A stretch of DNA of 64,000 nt from Akkermansia sp. (GCA_045538105.1 JAZSQS010000035.1:4059-68058); one strand, 5' to 3'; shown: positions 26,178 to 34,762, numbered from the stretch's first letter. Made by a program: numbers and translations. The notes: generated by a model from the sequence alone, not told the origin.

Positions 26178-26431
26178 CCGCAGGTCAGGATATCGTCTGC
26201 CCCGCCAGGGGCAGATATCGTCCAATCCGCAGGATTGGATATCGTCCAGCCCCAACGGGGCTGGATTTCGTTTCCGATTTGCAAGGGAGTATTATTTCCC
26301 AAGGATTGGGAGAATATTTGCTATTGATTCACAGGAAACGATATCCAGCCTCCTGCGGAGGCTGGACGATATCCGGCTTGCGCCGGACGATATCTTGCCT
26401 GCGGCAAGACGATATCCTCGCTTCGCTCGGA
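26173..26431. repeat. hairpin-array inverted-repeat element, gene-less copy
   Basis: Left arm has four GC-rich hairpins each followed by ATATCGT (26190, 26215, 26239; ATTTCGT at 26265). A 62-nt core follows. Right arm has ACGATAT (26338, 26366, 26387, 26409) each followed by a hairpin. It fills the whole katA-ispG intergenic space. Confidence 0.85.
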
Positions 26432-26432
26432 C

Positions 26433-28175
26433 TTAAGGCTCAACCCAACGGCCGTGGTCCTTGATAAGCTGCACGAGGTGCTGCACAGCTTCCTCCTGCG
26501 GAATGTTCATGACCACGGGGGTGTGCCCCACATAGAGGTTAATCTTGTTCGGAGCGCCACCTACATAGCCGAAATCGGCATCGCTCATTTCGCCGGGACC
26601 GTTCACGATGCAGCCCATGATGGCAATCTTCACGCCTTTGAGGTGTCCGGTGGCCTCGCGGATGCGGGCAGCAGCTTCCTGGATATTGTAGTGCGTGCGG
26701 CCACAGGACGGGCAGGAAACATACTCAGTCTTGCTCAGGCGCACGCCAGCAGCCTGCAGGATATTGAAGCCCAGGCGGGCAGCCTTGTCGGGGGCGGTCT
26801 CGCGGCGCACAAGCACAGCGTTGCCAATGCCGTCGCAGAGCAGCGAACCGGCATTCACACCGCCGGCCATGGGGGCAGAAAGGGAATCCAGCCCGTTGCA
26901 GAGCGTATCCTTGAGCAGAATGCTGTGGCGGGTCGGAATGACGGCAGCCAGCAGACGGAAGGCCTGCACCACCGGCATGTCGATACCATCCTTCACCGTG
27001 ACCAGCGTTGCGGGAGCCTCGGCCAGGGCAGCAGTGGCGGCGGCATCGCGCGGGTCAAGCTCCACCGGAGCGCAATCCTCATACGAGATTTCCGGCATGA
27101 AATCCTTCATAACCGCAGGGTCAAGCGCCTTGCAGGCAGCTTCCGGCAGCACCACGCGCACCGGCTCATTCCAGCCCAGGCTCACACCGCCGCGGGTGAC
27201 AACCTCGGCCTTGCGCTTGTTGAATTCAAAGGGATTAAAGGCATCCGGCACCTCCACGGCCAGCGGAGCAGCGGGCAGCACCGCACCGGGCTGGTAGGGA
27301 GCAGCCAGTTCAAAACCGGGGGCTATCTCAAACACCGGGTCCTCGGTCAGGGAGACGCGCAGGGTATCGCCAATACCATCGGCCAGCAGGGAGCCCACGC
27401 CGGTGGCGCTCTTGATGCGGGCATCCTCGCCCTCGCCGGCCTCGGTCACACCCAGGTGGATGGGGTAGTTCCAGTCGAGCCCCTCCTCGGCCAGGCGCTT
27501 CACCAGCAGGCGGTAGGCCTGAATCATCACCTTCACATTGGAAGACTTCATGGAGAACACCAGCTGGTGGTAATCCAGCTCGCGGGCAATGCGGGCAAAC
27601 TCAAGCGCACTTTCCACCATGCCATCAGGCGTATCGCCATAGCGGTTCAGAATGCGGTCGGAAAGCGAGCCATGATTAGCTCCCAGGCGCATGGCGCGAC
27701 CATGTTCCTTGCAGAACAGCACCAGCGGCGTAAAGGCCTTACGGATTTTCTCAATTTCCTCTTCGTACTCATAGTCTGTGTAGTCTCGCTCCACAAACTT
27801 CTTCTTATCCACAAAGTTACCGGGATTCACGCGGATTTTCTCCACCCACTTGGCAGCCTCCATGGCAGCATCCGGCTTGAAATGAATATCTGCCACCAAC
27901 GGCACATTGCACCCGGCAGCGTGCAGCTCGCGGGCTATATTTTCCAGGTTAGCGGCATACACCTTGGTCTGCGCGGTCAGGCGGATGATTTCACAACCAG
28001 CCTCGGCCAGCGCCAGCGATTCGCGCACACACCCGGCTGTATCCAGCGTATCGCTGGTCAGCATGGACTGAATACGGATGGGATTGTTACCACCAATCCC
28101 CACGTTTCCCACCATCACCTCGCGGGTGAGGCGGCGCGTATACTGGTACAGACTCGGGCAATGAAGCGTGCTCAT
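26433..28175 (-). CDS. ispG: 4-hydroxy-3-methylbut-2-enyl diphosphate synthase, long form with insert domain
   Basis: N-terminal TIM-barrel segment (VGNVGIGGNNPIRIQSM), C-terminal 4Fe-4S segment (CPSCGRT, GCIVNGPGE), and 580 aa with a central insertion. Confidence 0.92.
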   Translation of the reverse strand: MSTLHCPSLYQYTRRLTREVMVGNVGIGGNNPIRIQSMLTSDTLDTAGCVRESLALAEAGCEIIRLTAQTKVYAANLENIARELHAAGCNVPLVADIHFKPDAAMEAAKWVEKIRVNPGNFVDKKKFVERDYTDYEYEEEIEKIRKAFTPLVLFCKEHGRAMRLGANHGSLSDRILNRYGDTPDGMVESALEFARIARELDYHQLVFSMKSSNVKVMIQAYRLLVKRLAEEGLDWNYPIHLGVTEAGEGEDARIKSATGVGSLLADGIGDTLRVSLTEDPVFEIAPGFELAAPYQPGAVLPAAPLAVEVPDAFNPFEFNKRKAEVVTRGGVSLGWNEPVRVVLPEAACKALDPAVMKDFMPEISYEDCAPVELDPRDAAATAALAEAPATLVTVKDGIDMPVVQAFRLLAAVIPTRHSILLKDTLCNGLDSLSAPMAGGVNAGSLLCDGIGNAVLVRRETAPDKAARLGFNILQAAGVRLSKTEYVSCPSCGRTHYNIQEAAARIREATGHLKGVKIAIMGCIVNGPGEMSDADFGYVGGAPNKINLYVGHTPVVMNIPQEEAVQHLVQLIKDHGRWVEP

Positions 28176-28181
28176 GCCCTA

Positions 28182-28210
28182 ACTTTACTCCCTCTGGATG
28201 CGTTTTTCAA
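28182..28210 (-). promoter_or_regulatory. sigma70-like promoter TTGAAA-17-TAAAGT (leaderless configuration)
   Basis: -35 at 28205-28210 and -10 at 28182-28187, 6 nt to ATG 28175. Confidence 0.5.
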
Positions 28211-28283
28211 GCCTGAAGCGGTCTAGCACCGACCATGATGCTGATTTTATCTGTACATATGCTCTGATGACTGTGTTTTGAAG

Positions 28284-28312
28284 TTGACATTTCCTCCGTT
28301 TAGACTTAACTT
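28284..28312 (+). promoter_or_regulatory. sigma70-like promoter TTGACA-17-TAACTT
   Basis: -35 at 28284-28289 and -10 at 28307-28312, 29 nt to ATG 28342. Confidence 0.4.
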
Positions 28313-28341
28313 ATCTTAAAGAACATCATCGTTCACATCCC

Positions 28342-28932
28342 ATGAATCAGCCCACACGCCATCTCCTCTTTCTCTCACTTGCAAGCAGTCTGCTCAGCTC
28401 GTGCGTCTACTACACCCACAGCGTACCCGACATGCCCTACCAAGGCACAGCCGGCCGCACCCAGTATCCTGATACATGGATGACCACCCAGCCCACGGGT
28501 ATCAACTACGCCCCCATCCCGGAACCCGTAGTCACCCAAGCCACTGCACCAGTAGCGACCCCCGCCCCGCTAGATTTGACCCAGCCCATCACTCCGGTTC
28601 GCAGCACCGTAACACCTGCTGTCGCCCCCAAGCCTGCGGCAGCTACCCCGGCACCGGTTGCCAAGAAAGCACCGGCACTCCAGCCCATTGTCACCGCACC
28701 GGCACTAGCTCCGATGCCCACCACAACGGCAACCAAGCCCGTGGATATGAGCCAGATTACCAACACCGGGCCCATTCCCGTGGCAACCCGCGTGCCGGGA
28801 GACCCAACCCGCGTGTACAATCCGCTCAACCCCAGCAAGACCATCCGGGTGGTTGATAAGAACGGAAATCCCTACCCCAGCGGCAAGGAACTCAAGGTAC
28901 GTGGTACTAATTTCCACTTCTACGTGCCGTAA
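28342..28932 (+). CDS. Pro/Ala/Thr-rich lipoprotein
   Basis: Lipobox LLSSC and a low-complexity PATV-rich middle. The C-terminal ~50 aa look globular (IRVVDKNGNPYPSGKELKVRGTNFHFYVP). Confidence 0.6.
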   Translation: MNQPTRHLLFLSLASSLLSSCVYYTHSVPDMPYQGTAGRTQYPDTWMTTQPTGINYAPIPEPVVTQATAPVATPAPLDLTQPITPVRSTVTPAVAPKPAAATPAPVAKKAPALQPIVTAPALAPMPTTTATKPVDMSQITNTGPIPVATRVPGDPTRVYNPLNPSKTIRVVDKNGNPYPSGKELKVRGTNFHFYVP

Positions 28933-28935
28933 TCA

Positions 28936-29823
28936 ATGAGCACACCTCCCTTCAGGACTGTCTGTATCCTGGGGCCCGGTCTCCTAGGCGGCTCCATTGC
29001 CATGGCAGTGCACCAGCATCTTCCAGGCTGTGAGCTGCGTATCTGGGCCCGCCGCCAGCAGCCCCTCGATTTTGTGCGTGAGCGCGGTATTACCGAGCAC
29101 GTCTATACCGACGCCCGCACCGCAGCCAAGGGAGCAGACCTCATCATCCTGGCCACCCCCATTGGCGCGTTTGAGGAACTTTCGCGCTACATTCTCTCTG
29201 CCGTTTCAAAAGATGCCATCATCACCGATATCGGTTCGGTAAAAGCCTACGTGCACCGCACCACCGGCAGCATGCTCACCAACCGCGGGCGCTGCTTCAT
29301 TGGCTCGCATCCCATGGCGGGAGCCGAGACACAAGGCATTGAAAATGCTTACGCCGACCTCATCAAAGGAGCCACTGTCGCCCTTACCAACCCACACGGT
29401 GCTCCAGAGGCCAAGGTGCAGCAACTTGCCGCCTTCTGGGAAGCACTGGGAACCAGCACCTACGTGATGGATCCGGTGAATCATGACCGAACCGTGGCGC
29501 GCATCTCCCATTGTCCGCACATTCTGGCCGCACTCTGCGCCCGCGGTGCCACCCTGGGGCAGGAACCCATGGAAGACCTGCAGCGCCTTGCCGCCAGTGG
29601 CTTCCGCGATACCACCCGCGTCTGCTCCGGCGGCGCCAACATGTGGGCCGACATCCTTTGGGAAAACGATGTGGCAGTGCGCGCCGCCCTGCACGACTGC
29701 GTAAACGACCTGCACCACCTCATCGACCTCCTCGAAACCCAGGATAAGGAGGGAGTGCGCCAATGGCTCATTGCCGCCAAGGATGCACGCGAAACGGTGC
29801 GGAACACCCTTTCTTCCCAATAA
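28936..29823 (+). CDS. tyrA: prephenate (arogenate) dehydrogenase
   Basis: Rossmann motif ILGPGLLGGS, then DIGSVK and GSHPMAG, which are typical of TyrA. Confidence 0.85.
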   Translation: MSTPPFRTVCILGPGLLGGSIAMAVHQHLPGCELRIWARRQQPLDFVRERGITEHVYTDARTAAKGADLIILATPIGAFEELSRYILSAVSKDAIITDIGSVKAYVHRTTGSMLTNRGRCFIGSHPMAGAETQGIENAYADLIKGATVALTNPHGAPEAKVQQLAAFWEALGTSTYVMDPVNHDRTVARISHCPHILAALCARGATLGQEPMEDLQRLAASGFRDTTRVCSGGANMWADILWENDVAVRAALHDCVNDLHHLIDLLETQDKEGVRQWLIAAKDARETVRNTLSSQ

Positions 29824-29830
29824 TCAATCG

Positions 29831-30955
29831 TCAATCCGAATAATATTGCCGGCGGTGGGGATTCATATTCCGGCGGTGATCCTCGCGGTCTTCGCGGTTG
29901 CGGAGGACATGGCGCTTTTCACGGCGATTTACCCGCTCCAGAGTCATCTGGCGCTTCTCGTTGCGGCGTTCGAGCTCAGCAATTTCAGCATCGAGATTCA
30001 GGAAATGCTCATAACGTTCCTGGGTAAGGGCTCCGCTCTCCAACGCGGCGCGAATGGCACAGCCGGCGTCCTTACGGTGGGAGCAGTCCGCAAAGCGGCA
30101 CTGGCTTTCCAACTCATTCAAATCAGCAAACTGAGCGCGGAGAGTGGCGGCATCCGTCCACATATGGATTTCCCGCATACCGGGATTGTCGATGAGCACA
30201 CCGCCGCCCGCAAGAATGACCAGCTCGCGCGCCACGGTCGTATGGCGCCCCTTACCAGTCACCTCATTCACATGGCCGGTTTCGAGCCATTCATCGCCTA
30301 GCAGGCTATTCACAAAAGTGCTCTTGCCCACACCGGAGGAGCCGACAATAGTGATGGTACGGCCCTTGGGAACGCGGCGCAAATACTGCGGATAGCCCTT
30401 GCGCCAGCGAGCCACAATGGGGTAGACCTCGCTGCAACCCAGCGAGCGGATTTCTTCTACCGCCCGCTTCATATCCTCCTCCGGGGCGGTATCGGCCTTA
30501 TTCACCAGCACCACCGGCTCTGCCCCGCACTTGCGGATGAGTGTAAGATAACGTTCAATGCGGCGCGGGTTGTAATCACTCTCGGCATCGGTGATAACCA
30601 CCACCATATCCACATTGGCGCCAATAACCTGCTCTGCACAGCTGCGGCCAGGCGCCTTGCGGGAGAAGCGGTTGCGGCGCGGCAGCATGGCACGGATAAC
30701 GGGTAAATCCTTGCCTTGACCCGGATCCACCGCCACCCAGTCACCCACAGTGGGCAGGTCTGCATCAGAAACGGCATCATGCCACACCTTGCCGGAGAGC
30801 ACCACCTCATGGTCTCCCTTGCCCTTGGCAATCACGGTGAAATTAATCTTAGTCTCGCGGATGATGCGGGCGGGATACCACTCCGGATGCCCCAGAGCAG
30901 CCAGAGCCTCTGCATAATCCGAGCCCCAGCCCAGCATTTCCATAGTCACCTTCAT
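29831..30955 (-). CDS. rsgA: ribosome small-subunit-dependent GTPase A
   Basis: Circularly permuted GTPase (LVNKAD before GSSGVGKST) with zinc knuckle CRFADCSHRKDAGC. Basic C-terminal extension. Confidence 0.88.
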   Translation of the reverse strand: MKVTMEMLGWGSDYAEALAALGHPEWYPARIIRETKINFTVIAKGKGDHEVVLSGKVWHDAVSDADLPTVGDWVAVDPGQGKDLPVIRAMLPRRNRFSRKAPGRSCAEQVIGANVDMVVVITDAESDYNPRRIERYLTLIRKCGAEPVVLVNKADTAPEEDMKRAVEEIRSLGCSEVYPIVARWRKGYPQYLRRVPKGRTITIVGSSGVGKSTFVNSLLGDEWLETGHVNEVTGKGRHTTVARELVILAGGGVLIDNPGMREIHMWTDAATLRAQFADLNELESQCRFADCSHRKDAGCAIRAALESGALTQERYEHFLNLDAEIAELERRNEKRQMTLERVNRREKRHVLRNREDREDHRRNMNPHRRQYYSD

Positions 30956-31587
30956 GGGCGGCGAATCAGGGTAGCGTGTTCGATAATCTGCAAGGCAATC
31001 TGCTCCTTGGTGTCCTTTTCCAGATACTCCACGTGGTCAGGATAGACTAGAGCCACCTCATTTTCCCTGGAATCAAAACCGATGTCGTGGCGCGAAACAT
31101 CATTCGCCACTATCATATCACACTTCTTGCGCTGCAATTTATCCTGGGCGTATGCCTCCACATTCTGCGTTTCAGCAGCAAAACCCACCAGGGTACCAGT
31201 AAAGCCGAACACATCACGCATGCTACCCAGGATATCGGACGTTTTCTCCAGCTCGATGACCAGGCGGTCACCACTCTTCTTAATCTTATGCTCCTGCACC
31301 GCCACGGGGCGGTAATCGGCCACGGCCGCACAAAGGATGGCTGCATCTGCGTACTTCACCATATCCCGCACCGCATCATACATCTGCTGAGCGCTCTCCA
31401 CCGGAATAAAATCCACTCCGGCCGGCACATCCAGCGTGGTAGGCCCGGAAATCAGGATGACCTCGTGCCCCTCGTGACGGGCTGCTCCGGCCAAGGCATA
31501 GCCCATGCGCCCGGATGAGCGGTTCGTGAGGTAACGCACAGGGTCCAAAGCCTCGCGCGTGGGACCGGCAGTGATGAGGAACTTCAT
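30952..31587 (-). CDS. coaB: phosphopantothenate-cysteine ligase (stand-alone CoaB domain)
   Basis: MKFLITAGPTREALDPVRYLTNRSSGRMG matches the CoaB half of CoaBC, and there is no flavoprotein (CoaC) half. Start 31587 was chosen because the TAGAAT -10 box covers the upstream ATG at 31599. The stop overlaps the rsgA start. Confidence 0.8.
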   Translation of the reverse strand: MKFLITAGPTREALDPVRYLTNRSSGRMGYALAGAARHEGHEVILISGPTTLDVPAGVDFIPVESAQQMYDAVRDMVKYADAAILCAAVADYRPVAVQEHKIKKSGDRLVIELEKTSDILGSMRDVFGFTGTLVGFAAETQNVEAYAQDKLQRKKCDMIVANDVSRHDIGFDSRENEVALVYPDHVEYLEKDTKEQIALQIIEHATLIRRP

Positions 31588-31597
31588 ATCGCCGGAC

Positions 31598-31626
31598 ATT
31601 CTAGCATACCCGCGCCCACTTGGCAA
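31598..31626 (-). promoter_or_regulatory. sigma70-like promoter TTGCCA-17-TAGAAT
   Basis: -35 at 31621-31626 and -10 at 31598-31603, 10 nt to ATG 31587. Confidence 0.5.
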
Positions 31627-31705
31627 TCCTTCTTCCAATTTCCTGCTTGCGTCTGTTCCGTTTCTGAAAGTTTTACTTCATTTTTGTCTTTACTACATTA
31701 AATGA

Positions 31706-31733
31706 TTGAAAATCGCCCATTTGCTACTATAAT
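31706..31733 (+). promoter_or_regulatory. near-consensus sigma70 promoter TTGAAA-16-TATAAT
   Basis: -35 at 31706-31711 and -10 at 31728-31733, 119 nt before ATG 31853. The leader contains hairpin CAGAAAT-N8-ATTTCTG at 31746-31767. Confidence 0.55.
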
Positions 31734-31852
31734 GCGATTTCTTGTCAGAAATATTTTTTCATTTCTGCACACAAAATCCGAACTGTGCCGCGCCTTGTCA
31801 TTAGAAGGCCCGACCAACGCGGCCATCAACTCAACTCTAACCAACAATAAAC

Positions 31853-32251
31853 ATGAATAAGATACTCACCGCCATTGCCATCCTGGCCTCCGCATCCTTC
31901 GCGCTGGCTCAGGGTCCCCGCCACCACGGGCATCATCATGGTCACCTCCATGATAAAGTTCACCACCACGTTAAGGTTCACCACAATGCTCATAGCCATG
32001 CCAAACCTCATGCTCACCACCACGGCAAGCCCCACATGGCCCCCCAGCGCCCCGGCAAACCCATTGCTAAACCCCAGCCGCCACGCCCCGGCAAACCCAT
32101 TGCAAAACCCCAGCCGCCACGCCCCGGCAAACCCATTGTCAAGCCGAGTCCTAACAGGCCAATTCCGAATCTGCCCGTTCTCAAGCCCAATCCTCCAAAA
32201 CCTACTCCCGGTCTCAAACCGCTTCACGGACATAAAACAGATTCCTTGTAA
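31853..32251 (+). CDS. secreted His-rich / Pro-Lys repeat protein
   Basis: Signal peptide MNKILTAIAILASASFALAQG. 19 His in 39 residues (RHHGHHHGHLHDKVHHHVKVHHNAHSHAKPHAHHHGKPH). Then PRPGKPIAKPQP twice plus a variant. Confidence 0.7.
   Translation: MNKILTAIAILASASFALAQGPRHHGHHHGHLHDKVHHHVKVHHNAHSHAKPHAHHHGKPHMAPQRPGKPIAKPQPPRPGKPIAKPQPPRPGKPIVKPSPNRPIPNLPVLKPNPPKPTPGLKPLHGHKTDSL
32048..32150 (+). repeat. 36-bp tandem repeat, about 2.9 copies, inside the His-rich gene
   Basis: The unit CGCCCCGGCAAACCCATTGC(T/A)AAACCCCAGCCGCCA is repeated head to tail. It encodes PRPGKPIAKPQP. Confidence 0.9.
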
Positions 32252-32309
32252 TGGGTGCGAGTTTAAGAAGAAAGAACCCTGCAAGGTAAATTTTTCAATT
32301 TGTTCAACC

Positions 32310-32347
32310 CAGACCCCGGCAAAGCTCTGCCGGGGTCTGCTTTTCTC
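32310..32347 (+). terminator. Rho-independent terminator
   Basis: 12-bp stem CAGACCCCGGCA / TGCCGGGGTCTG with a 6-nt loop, followed by CTTTTCTC. Confidence 0.7.
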
Positions 32348-32487
32348 ATTCTTTGCTATAACCAGTTCCCACCACCTGGCACCCCTGAATCAGCACAGCC
32401 GGCAAGAGCCAAACCATTCTGCTACACACTCAAAAACAAGCAAAAACGCCTTTTCTGACACAATAGTCTTTTCATCATTCTCTCTTT

Positions 32488-33144
32488 ATGTTAGACTGCT
32501 GTGGGCTCCTCTCCTTGCTTCTCATGGAACACGATATATCACCCTACATCACAGCCGGCATCTGGCTTTCCGGCATCATCTTTTTCCTGCTCCTGCTGGT
32601 AGAGGTTGGTCGGATATTATACAACATCTTCATCCGCCCCTTCCGGCGCTACGGAAAGCTGACGCTTCAGGATTTGCGGAACCGCCGCAAGTTCAAGACC
32701 AATCGAAAAACGCTCCTGATGAAGATAACCGAGGTCTGCATCTGGGTATCGGGAGCTTTCTTTACCTTTTTCATGCTGTCAGGCATCGCCATGTCTATCT
32801 ATTACAACTTCCTTCTGAATAAACCCTTCAAGCATATCTACCTGCAAATGCTGAATGTGGACAACATATCCCGGATATTCGAGAAGGTAGAAAGCGTCAA
32901 AGATCTCCGTGTTGATGACTTGCAGCTGAAACTACCCATGCGCGCCAGCAACGAGAATCATCCTGTGCAAGATATGGTAGTTTTCCAGAAAGCGCTAGAG
33001 AAGGCACAGGAAGTTCTGAATGTAGGCTTCGAGCGCCAGGCCAAACAGCCAGCACCCGCAGAAATCACCGAGCCCACAGAAGCAACAAAGGAAAAGAGAA
33101 AGAAGAAGAAAAAAAAGCATTCTTCCCCGGAACACTCCCGTTAA
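32488..33144 (+). CDS. membrane protein with polybasic C-terminus, unknown function
   Basis: Two hydrophobic helices (GIWLSGIIFFLLLLV, VCIWVSGAFFTFFMLSGIAMSIYY). Tail is KEKRKKKKKKHSSPEHSR. Start uncertain (alternative MEHD). Confidence 0.55.
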   Translation: MLDCCGLLSLLLMEHDISPYITAGIWLSGIIFFLLLLVEVGRILYNIFIRPFRRYGKLTLQDLRNRRKFKTNRKTLLMKITEVCIWVSGAFFTFFMLSGIAMSIYYNFLLNKPFKHIYLQMLNVDNISRIFEKVESVKDLRVDDLQLKLPMRASNENHPVQDMVVFQKALEKAQEVLNVGFERQAKQPAPAEITEPTEATKEKRKKKKKKHSSPEHSR

Positions 33145-33243
33145 CACCAATGTCTGCCTCGGTCTGGTTCCCGGGGGCATGCTCCGAAACCTCATTCAGA
33201 ACCATCCAGGCAGTCCTGTATTTCCTGACCCAGCATATTAGGC

Positions 33244-33642
33244 TCACGCCTCCATCTTCCGCTGGGTAATGCTGCAAGAGCGGGGTTGACCTCCGCGTTT
33301 GCGGGCACGTTTGAGCTCCAATTGGCGCGGACTGGGCGCACCATTGAGGCGGTGGTCCAGTTCCTCGCAGAGCGTGCGGCGAGCCAGGTAACGGTTGATT
33401 TCGCGCTCCCGTTCGCAGTGACAGCGTATAACGATACCACTGGGAACGTGGGTCAGATACACACAGTTATTCGTCTTGTTCACCTTCTGCCCGCCCTTGC
33501 CGCTGCCGCGCACAAACTTCTCCTCCAAATCATTCTTATGCACCCCCAGACGTTCCATCATCTGCTGGAGCTTCTGCAATTTTTCCGGAGAAACAGGCAT
33601 GCGGATATCGTATACCTGAACACGCCGCAATGCAAGCTTCAT
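33244..33642 (-). CDS. RF-1-domain (GGQ) protein, ArfB / peptidyl-tRNA-hydrolase-like
   Basis: GSGKGGQKVNKTNNCV GGQ motif, 132 aa, basic C-terminal tail (KRARKRGGQPR). Confidence 0.75.
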   Translation of the reverse strand: MKLALRRVQVYDIRMPVSPEKLQKLQQMMERLGVHKNDLEEKFVRGSGKGGQKVNKTNNCVYLTHVPSGIVIRCHCEREREINRYLARRTLCEELDHRLNGAPSPRQLELKRARKRGGQPRSCSITQRKMEA

Positions 33643-33689
33643 GTACCATTTCCCTCAGATAATGACTGTGTTGAATCCAGAAAAAAGCA

Positions 33690-33717
33690 TTGAAAAACGA
33701 AGACTAAATGATATGAT
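33690..33717 (+). promoter_or_regulatory. sigma70-like promoter TTGAAA-16-TATGAT
   Basis: -35 at 33690-33695 and -10 at 33712-33717, 28 nt to ATG 33746. The earlier in-frame ATGs lie upstream of or inside the -10 box. Confidence 0.45.
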
Positions 33718-33745
33718 AACACCGTTCGCCTTTCTTACTACAGAC

Positions 33746-34747
33746 ATGACTCACCGCCGCAGATTCTCAATTCCCTGCATCCTTTTCTCAGTGAGCACCA
33801 TGCTGGCAGTCGCGCCGGCCACTGCCGCACCCTGGGACGCCATCAAGGAAAAAATCACCCATACCATTGAGGAACAGCTCCAGCCCGCAGATTCCCGCAA
33901 AGCCCACCGCGAATGGGCAGAAAAAGAACTGAAGGAGCTCACCGAGCTCATCCAGCTCTATTCAAAAGCAAAAAACGCCGCCATGCGCGAAAAGGCAGAA
34001 AAACGCACTGAAAAACTGCTGGCGGAATACAGCAAAGTATACACCTCCCTGCGCCACAGCAAAAAGAAGGAGCAGGGTTATGAAAGCATCAAGGTGAACG
34101 ACACGCGCATTACCCTGAAAGGACTGGAACCCCACCACGGTGCATTGAGGAAAAAAAGAGCCGAGCTCTATGAGGAATTTCAACGCGCCAGCCGCCAATT
34201 TGTGAAACGCTCCCGGGACAATCTGCAACTGGTGCGTCCCATTGGCTGCATCCTGCGGACCCACCTTGTCCTTGATTTTAAAGCTACTCATACCGATATT
34301 AAAACACCGGAAGAGGCTGCCAGAATATGGGTAGAAAAAGAAATTTCCGATTTAAGGAAATTGCTTACCTTACTGCCGGATTCCCGGAAGGAAGATAAGC
34401 AGATTGAGGCCATCGCCCTCATGGAACACATGATAGACTCCTACGCCCCCCTCTACCCTGGTATCCGGAAACACACTCCGCTCAAAGTCAAGGAAAACAC
34501 CAAATATGTTTCAGGCGTAGCGATTACCCAGGAACACCTGGACGCCCCGCACCGCCATTTTGCTGATGAACGGGCAGCGCTTTACGTCAACTTCATGTCC
34601 TGCAAAGGCACCTTCCAGCGCAGCGCGCCAGCCTACTCAACCTATATGGACGCCATCGAAACAATCCTCCGCGTCCATCAAGAAGAACGCGCCACGGAAG
34701 AAAAATCCAAATTCACCCGCAAGCGAGCCCAGTATTTTGGCCGTTAA
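33746..34747 (+). CDS. secreted protein with two copies of an uncharacterised ~150-aa helical domain
   Basis: Signal peptide MTHRRRFSIPCILFSVSTMLAVAPATA. Internal duplication: WAEKELKEL...ITLKGLEPHH...ELYEEF versus WVEKEISDL...ITQEHLDAPH...ALYVNF...ILRVHQEE. Confidence 0.65.
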   Translation: MTHRRRFSIPCILFSVSTMLAVAPATAAPWDAIKEKITHTIEEQLQPADSRKAHREWAEKELKELTELIQLYSKAKNAAMREKAEKRTEKLLAEYSKVYTSLRHSKKKEQGYESIKVNDTRITLKGLEPHHGALRKKRAELYEEFQRASRQFVKRSRDNLQLVRPIGCILRTHLVLDFKATHTDIKTPEEAARIWVEKEISDLRKLLTLLPDSRKEDKQIEAIALMEHMIDSYAPLYPGIRKHTPLKVKENTKYVSGVAITQEHLDAPHRHFADERAALYVNFMSCKGTFQRSAPAYSTYMDAIETILRVHQEERATEEKSKFTRKRAQYFGR

Positions 34748-34762
34748 CCCCACCAACACAGC

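Noticed and set aside
24792-26255. 487-aa ORF antisense to almost the entire catalase gene
   Set aside because: The plus-strand frame carries complete catalase motifs. The antisense product has no motif and an Arg/Gly/Ala/Val-rich composition typical of shadow ORFs in GC-rich coding DNA.
26173-26431. Hairpin arrays as a CRISPR array
   Set aside because: The constant unit is only 7-9 nt and the variable units are 14-22-nt palindromes. The two halves are mirror images, and there are no cas genes. This is not CRISPR architecture.
26454-28226. 590-aa ORF antisense to ispG, longer than ispG itself
   Set aside because: The ispG frame has the conserved TIM-barrel and 4Fe-4S motifs plus a matching promoter. 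The antisense frame is a stop-poor shadow frame with low-complexity composition.
31875-32822. 315-aa ORF overlapping the His-rich gene in another frame
   Set aside because: It runs across a terminator and an intergenic region, lacks a start context, and its Pro/Ala-rich product is a frame artefact of the repeat region. The 31853 frame has a signal peptide and an upstream promoter.
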